From a virus: a stretch of 64,000 bases of DNA. Of the stretch, positions 59,851-64,000 are shown in pieces (position 1 is the first letter of the stretch; each line of letters begins with the position of its first letter). Below the pieces are notes generated by a model. It did no database searches. It was not told where the DNA came from and worked only from the letters and a program-made list of their open reading frames with translations. The stretch lies in IMG/VR virus record IMGVR_UViG_3300012920_000023, positions 49,464 through 113,463 of that record. One strand, 5' to 3'. Position numbers and translations under genes: made by a program.

Positions 59851-60297
59851 ATGACTACTATCACTTTCCGACACTGCCCCGAAATCCTAGAAGACATCGA
59901 GGGTACAATTGAGTCCAATCAAGTATGGGTTGAGTTGTTCGATTCAAGACATTACATTCCAATCAACATCGACAAAACCCCAAACACTGAGGGTCTGAAT
60001 CTTGAGGTATTCGAGGTCTATGCTTATGTACATGGATCAGTCAAACTTTCTCTTACCCCTTTTCATTGTAATTGGGATGCCGGAGTTGCAGGACGTATCT
60101 TCATCGAACAGCAAATTGAGGGCGAGGCAAAGGTTAAGAGAGTTGAAAAGGTAATCAAGTACCTTAACGACTTCCTTAATAATGACGCATTTGAGTATTA
60201 TGATGAGGAGGGGGAGATAGAGGAGTTTAATGGCAACATGGAGGAATGTATGGAATATGCGAGTAAGTTAGGCTTGGAAGCAGAGTTCGTTTACTGA
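59851..60297 (+). CDS. Conserved acidic phage protein
   Basis: YAYVHGSVKLSLTPFHCNWDAGVAG motif. Confidence 0.7.
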   Translation: MTTITFRHCPEILEDIEGTIESNQVWVELFDSRHYIPINIDKTPNTEGLNLEVFEVYAYVHGSVKLSLTPFHCNWDAGVAGRIFIEQQIEGEAKVKRVEKVIKYLNDFLNNDAFEYYDEEGEIEEFNGNMEECMEYASKLGLEAEFVY

Positions 60298-60393
60298 ACA
60301 ATCACTTGATGAAGATGAAGTTTAAAGACTAAAAGGCCCGGCGACCTAGGTTTAGGAAGTTGTGCCCGAGTGAATGAACCCGGGGGGATCACA

Positions 60394-60573
60394 GTACCAT
60401 AAGGCTGTACTATGGTGCTCTCAGTGCGGATCGTTCTGATCTAATGTACACACACGGGTCGTGTCTGTTGCCGGTTGCACCATTAATGACACTTATGGTG
60501 CTCTGTAAACCCCTAAAAATAAATAAACTTTTACTGTTTTTTACTTGACTATGCTAACGATGCGATGTAGTAT
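60394..60573 (+). promoter_or_regulatory. Palindrome-promoter module with two sites
   Basis: Sites 60394-60418 and 60477-60501; 43 nt; TTGACT 60545-17 nt-TAGTAT. Confidence 0.82.
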
Positions 60574-60607
60574 GTATATATATTAATAGAGGCTTAAGGA
60601 GGCCATC

Positions 60608-60811
60608 ATGACAGTATCAAAAATGACAGTATGGGTGATTGAGATTTGGCAAGTTGGATACGACCCTGTTTTATTCACAGCGTCAACTCGTGAAAAGGCG
60701 ATTGAGATGGCCGAAAAGGCTCTTGAGCCATACTCACTTGAGGTTGAGAATGGCGAACGAGGATACGAGTTGACGAGTACAACGCTCGATGAAGTTTTTG
60801 AAGTTCACTAG
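60608..60811 (+). CDS. Small early protein, paralogue B
   Basis: Shares WVIE.W, LFTAS, EVENG.RG.ELTSTTLDEVFEV with 59414 ORF. Confidence 0.75.
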   Translation: MTVSKMTVWVIEIWQVGYDPVLFTASTREKAIEMAEKALEPYSLEVENGERGYELTSTTLDEVFEVH

Positions 60812-60828
60812 CAGTTAAGGAGACTGAC

Positions 60829-61095
60829 ATGACAGACCATGAAGCAAAAGAGAAGATTGAAGAGACCCTCGCCCGAGTCAAGGGGGAGGAGAAGTGTGAA
60901 GTTGACATTGATGATGTTGCTCACCTCGGCTCAAGGAGTTTCTATCTCGTTGAGGATGAAGAGGGCGATACTCATATCGTTCGGGTTGGCACCGAGGGAG
61001 TATGCATTTGGGAGAGCCGACCGTCAAACGCATGGGGAGGACGCCTTGATGAACGATGGGACGAGATAAAGGAGATGGAAACCGATTATCTCTAA
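60829..61095 (+). CDS. Acidic hypothetical protein
   Basis: TAAGGAG RBS. Confidence 0.65.
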   Translation: MTDHEAKEKIEETLARVKGEEKCEVDIDDVAHLGSRSFYLVEDEEGDTHIVRVGTEGVCIWESRPSNAWGGRLDERWDEIKEMETDYL

Positions 61096-61153
61096 GGGGA
61101 TTGGCGTTTAAGCCACCCGGAGAATAATGTGATTGAGATTGATTAAGTTGACA

Positions 61154-61250
61154 GCACCTTTACGAGTATTAATGGTGCAGTGTAAGTGTCTGTTTTTGTT
61201 TAAAGTTTTTTATTTTTTTATTTGACAAACAAACCTGTGTGGGTTATAAC
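61154..61250 (+). promoter_or_regulatory. Palindrome-promoter module
   Basis: GCACC-N15-GGTGC 61154-61178; 43 nt; TTGACA 61222-17 nt-TATAAC. Confidence 0.82.
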
Positions 61251-61304
61251 TGTCTTATAGGGTAGGTTAGGATTTAAGGTTAGATAATTTTTAAGGAGAA
61301 AATA

Positions 61305-61685
61305 ATGGGAACTACAAAGATGAACAAGATTGAAGAAACAACTAGCAACATCAAGGTTGCGTACATGGAGGGCGGTCGTAAGGTTGTTCTTCTAACTCAC
61401 AGAGATGAGGGAGAGAGGCCGATTGAGGGCGAGATGGCTCACATTACAATATACAATAAGATTACAGAGGATTATTGTGACCCGGAAAATGGGGGTTGGT
61501 CAGTAGAGACAATTCATAGCGAGTTGGCTTCTTGCCCTATGGTTCGATATAACGAAAAGTGGGTTAAGTTTTTCATAGAGGGCTTGGCAAGCCAAATTGA
61601 AAAATGGGAGACGGAAGATGGTTATGATTGTTATATCGCCTTTGAGAAGCATAAAGGGCAATTAGAAAATACTTGGAACATCTAA
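61305..61685 (+). CDS. Hypothetical early protein
   Basis: TAAGGAG RBS. Confidence 0.7.
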   Translation: MGTTKMNKIEETTSNIKVAYMEGGRKVVLLTHRDEGERPIEGEMAHITIYNKITEDYCDPENGGWSVETIHSELASCPMVRYNEKWVKFFIEGLASQIEKWETEDGYDCYIAFEKHKGQLENTWNI

Positions 61686-61745
61686 AATACGGGTGAGACT
61701 CATTGAGATCAGAGGGTCGCCCCTCTGTTTGTTGGTAATAGCATT

Positions 61746-61843
61746 GCACCATGTGCCCATACTATGGTGCTCTATAACCGGCCGAAATCATTTTAAGTTT
61801 TCTATCTTTTTTAGTTGACTTTCAATATGGGTCGAGTTATGGT
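61746..61843 (+). promoter_or_regulatory. Palindrome-promoter module
   Basis: GCACC-N15-GGTGC 61746-61770; 44 nt; TTGACT 61815-17 nt-TATGGT. Confidence 0.82.
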
Positions 61844-61881
61844 CAATCAACATCAACGCTAAGGTCTAAAGGAGGCCCATA

Positions 61882-62157
61882 ATGATTATCGTATTAAACC
61901 CTAAGAGTCAGATGACAGTTCACCAAAACTTTGACGGAGTGAACGAGGGGACGCTCATAGCACTCGACTGCTTCGATATGCATCACAGGATTAGCAGTGA
62001 GGATTATGACAAAGCCTGTTATTACGTCGGTGAGTTCATTGACGGACGATGGGAATATACCGGGTTCACTGACCAAGAGGAGGCACTCAGATTTCAACTT
62101 GAATGCCTTGGCGATCATCATGCTACACGCATGGGCAAACTCACCTACAACAAGTAA
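61882..62157 (+). CDS. Hypothetical early protein
   Basis: AAGGAGG RBS. Confidence 0.7.
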   Translation: MIIVLNPKSQMTVHQNFDGVNEGTLIALDCFDMHHRISSEDYDKACYYVGEFIDGRWEYTGFTDQEEALRFQLECLGDHHATRMGKLTYNK

Positions 62158-62172
62158 TCAAGAGGAGAAATC

Positions 62173-62805
62173 ATGACCTATCAAGATTTAAGCGAGCATT
62201 CGTTCAGTAAAGCAGTCACATCCTATGGCACTCACTTATTATGGGAGTCGGTATCAGATGGCGAGGTTAAGCATCTCGTTGTCCCCCACGAGACCCTGTT
62301 AAGGCATTATAATCAACACAACGTCGAGCCGTTCCTAGATGATCCGGAGTTAGCCTTTAAGAAGCCACTAAAGGGCGTCTCAGACGTATCTTTTGAGTTC
62401 CCTTGGTTCCACTTTAGGTCAGAGGGGTTTGCCCTTGATGTGAGCCTAAAAGACCTATTTGACTATGGCGATATTGAAGCCGAGAATTTCACGGTCAATG
62501 ACGAGGAGTTTGTCCTAAGCAACGGACTGACAATGTTGGGCGAGGTGATCGGCTTTAATGAGAACTTGCTTATCGTTCGACCTAACTTAAAGGGCTTCAA
62601 TAACCTAGTTAAAAAGTTGACATACACGCTAGAAGTGTCGGGTCTGAGTAATGAGTCGATCATGTGGCTTAGTGATCCGGTTCCATACTATGAGACGGTT
62701 TGTATGAAGCGGTTGAGTGCAATCGACCTCAAGCCGGAGGATCATCTGATAACCTGCCGTCCGGTTGAGGGCAAGACGGTGTATTTCGCAGAGCCGGTAG
62801 GTTGA
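62173..62805 (+). CDS. Hypothetical protein
   Basis: GAGGAG RBS. Confidence 0.65.
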   Translation: MTYQDLSEHSFSKAVTSYGTHLLWESVSDGEVKHLVVPHETLLRHYNQHNVEPFLDDPELAFKKPLKGVSDVSFEFPWFHFRSEGFALDVSLKDLFDYGDIEAENFTVNDEEFVLSNGLTMLGEVIGFNENLLIVRPNLKGFNNLVKKLTYTLEVSGLSNESIMWLSDPVPYYETVCMKRLSAIDLKPEDHLITCRPVEGKTVYFAEPVG

Positions 62806-62906
62806 CTTTGAGCGATTTATTTCCTTAAGCCGGAGAGGTTAGTAGACAAGACCTAAGCACGCTCCTACAATGCCGAGGATCAAAACCCTCTCATATAGGA
62901 TTCATT

Positions 62907-63278
62907 ATGCTTAGAGATCTCTTAATGTTTATCCATGACTTTGTCTCTCATCCTCTTATGGCCATTTTTAGGTTAATGGGTCTTAACATAGTAAGCCGGG
63001 TGGTTCACGACTTAACTCTGCCGGCAGATATGAATGGGGCGATAGTTATAAACGGCGATGAGTATATGTTTGAAGAGCGTATGGCTCATGATGATATAGG
63101 TGCCCTGTTAAGTGAGGTGTTTAATAGCACTAATGGACGCATGAAAGCCGGATGCGTTGATCAAGACAAGTGGGCGGTGTCTTTTATTGGTCGGGACGGT
63201 GAGTGGCACACGTTCATTGAAGACACGGCGGTTGATGCGTGTCTCTCTGCCCTAGTCAGTATCAGTGAGGGCACTTAG
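62907..63278 (+). CDS. Hypothetical protein
   Basis: N-terminus paralogous to 53917 ORF. Confidence 0.6.
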   Translation: MLRDLLMFIHDFVSHPLMAIFRLMGLNIVSRVVHDLTLPADMNGAIVINGDEYMFEERMAHDDIGALLSEVFNSTNGRMKAGCVDQDKWAVSFIGRDGEWHTFIEDTAVDACLSALVSISEGT

Positions 63279-63297
63279 TGGGTCTATGCACTCGCTT

Positions 63298-63440
63298 GCA
63301 CCATTAGCAGTCACTAAAGGTGCTCCCGTATATAGGAAGTCGGTTCCTGTTTAGCCCGGTAATAGGAAGTCGCTTCCTATTTAAATATTTCAAACTTTCT
63401 TTCTTTTTTACTTGACTAACAGGTGGGTTTAGGGTATTAT
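63298..63440 (+). promoter_or_regulatory. Palindrome-promoter module with inserted hairpin duplication
   Basis: GCACC-N16-GGTGC 63298-63323; TTGACT 63412-17 nt-TATTAT. Confidence 0.78.
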
Positions 63441-63479
63441 ATATACATCATCAAAGATAGGTTCAGAAAGGAACAAAAG

Positions 63480-63860
63480 ATGAGAAGATTATATGATCAA
63501 AAAGTAACAATCCGACCCAATCTTCATACGGGTTGGAAGTTGAACAAGACCCCCCTTACGACGGTTCATTCGGGCCGGCTTGGTAAGAGTGAGACTCACG
63601 TCTTCACCTGCTCAATCAAATGCACCGACGCCGTGGTCAGACCTAGCGGTCAACGTAAGGCCGAGAATGAGGGCGAGAAAACGGTACACGCCGGCCTTAT
63701 TGGGGAGTTGATACCCACGGTAGCCATAGACCCGTATTTCGCCCGACAGGTTGAATATGCCCCCCACAAGGGCGACAAGTTTTTTCATATCAATGGGGAG
63801 CGTTATGACGGGGGAGGAATCATCACGGCGATTGGGCACTTGTTTTACCTAGTTGAGTAA
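63480..63860 (+). CDS. Conserved phage hypothetical protein
   Basis: NLH...SGQRKA....KTVHA...Y.PHK..FF motif. Confidence 0.7.
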   Translation: MRRLYDQKVTIRPNLHTGWKLNKTPLTTVHSGRLGKSETHVFTCSIKCTDAVVRPSGQRKAENEGEKTVHAGLIGELIPTVAIDPYFARQVEYAPHKGDKFFHINGERYDGGGIITAIGHLFYLVE

Positions 63861-63909
63861 GATGCCCGGGGCGGTGGGCATGTGGGGCGACGGCGAGAGG
63901 GGGGAGATT

Positions 63910-63971
63910 GCACCTTATAGCGTTTAATGGTGCTATCACTTTTGGAGCACGTTAATAACCATTAATGGTGC
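63910..63971. repeat. Two further GCACC...GGTGC palindromes
   Basis: 63910-63933 and 63947-63971, followed by A-rich tract to window end. Confidence 0.8.
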
Positions 63972-64000
63972 AATGTAAGTGGTTAAAAATAAATGAAAAC

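Noticed and set aside
58746-63971. CRISPR array interpretation of the palindromes (Cas4-like gene present)
   Set aside because: Repeats vary internally and are mostly separated by hundreds of bp containing genes, not 30-40 nt spacers. The Cas4-like protein is a typical solo phage exonuclease.
35170-63971. Canonical NtrC boxes with sigma54 promoters
   Set aside because: Spacer is 14-16 nt rather than 5, and linked promoters are sigma70-type.
1-64000. Stop-codon reassignment, tRNA or rRNA genes
   Set aside because: Conserved genes are full length in code 11 and end in TAA, TAG and TGA. No cloverleaf or rRNA was recognised by eye; tRNAscan would confirm.

Overview
This 64 kb window is an internal segment of a large dsDNA phage with a contractile tail (myovirus-like). 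No capsid, terminase, portal, sheath, DNA polymerase or integrase gene was recognised. Left to right: two minus-strand tail-fibre-like genes (the first runs off the window and is missing from the ORF track); GGCT; class II ribonucleotide reductase; a tail/baseplate module (chaperone with a -1 frameshift, tape measure, hub, spike, gp25, wedge, collar, fibre); MazG, SLT, ThyX, PhoH and nucleases; and a replication block (loader, DnaB, primase, SSB, SF2 helicase, RecA). Two islands of small genes (about 35.2-37.8 kb and 58.7-64 kb) are built from a repeated module: a GCACCWT-N10-12-AWGGTGC palindrome, usually 42-44 nt of A/T tract, a TTGAC(T/A)-N17-TANNN(T/C) promoter, a conserved leader/RBS and usually one short ORF. 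This module is the strongest candidate for an undescribed system. Other notable signals are a dispersed GCACACGAGTGC motif, near-absence of CTGG/CCAG with abundant CCGG, a phage KhpA, and a stand-alone PolX 8-kDa-like domain. All calls are by-eye motif recognition; no searches or counts were run by computer.
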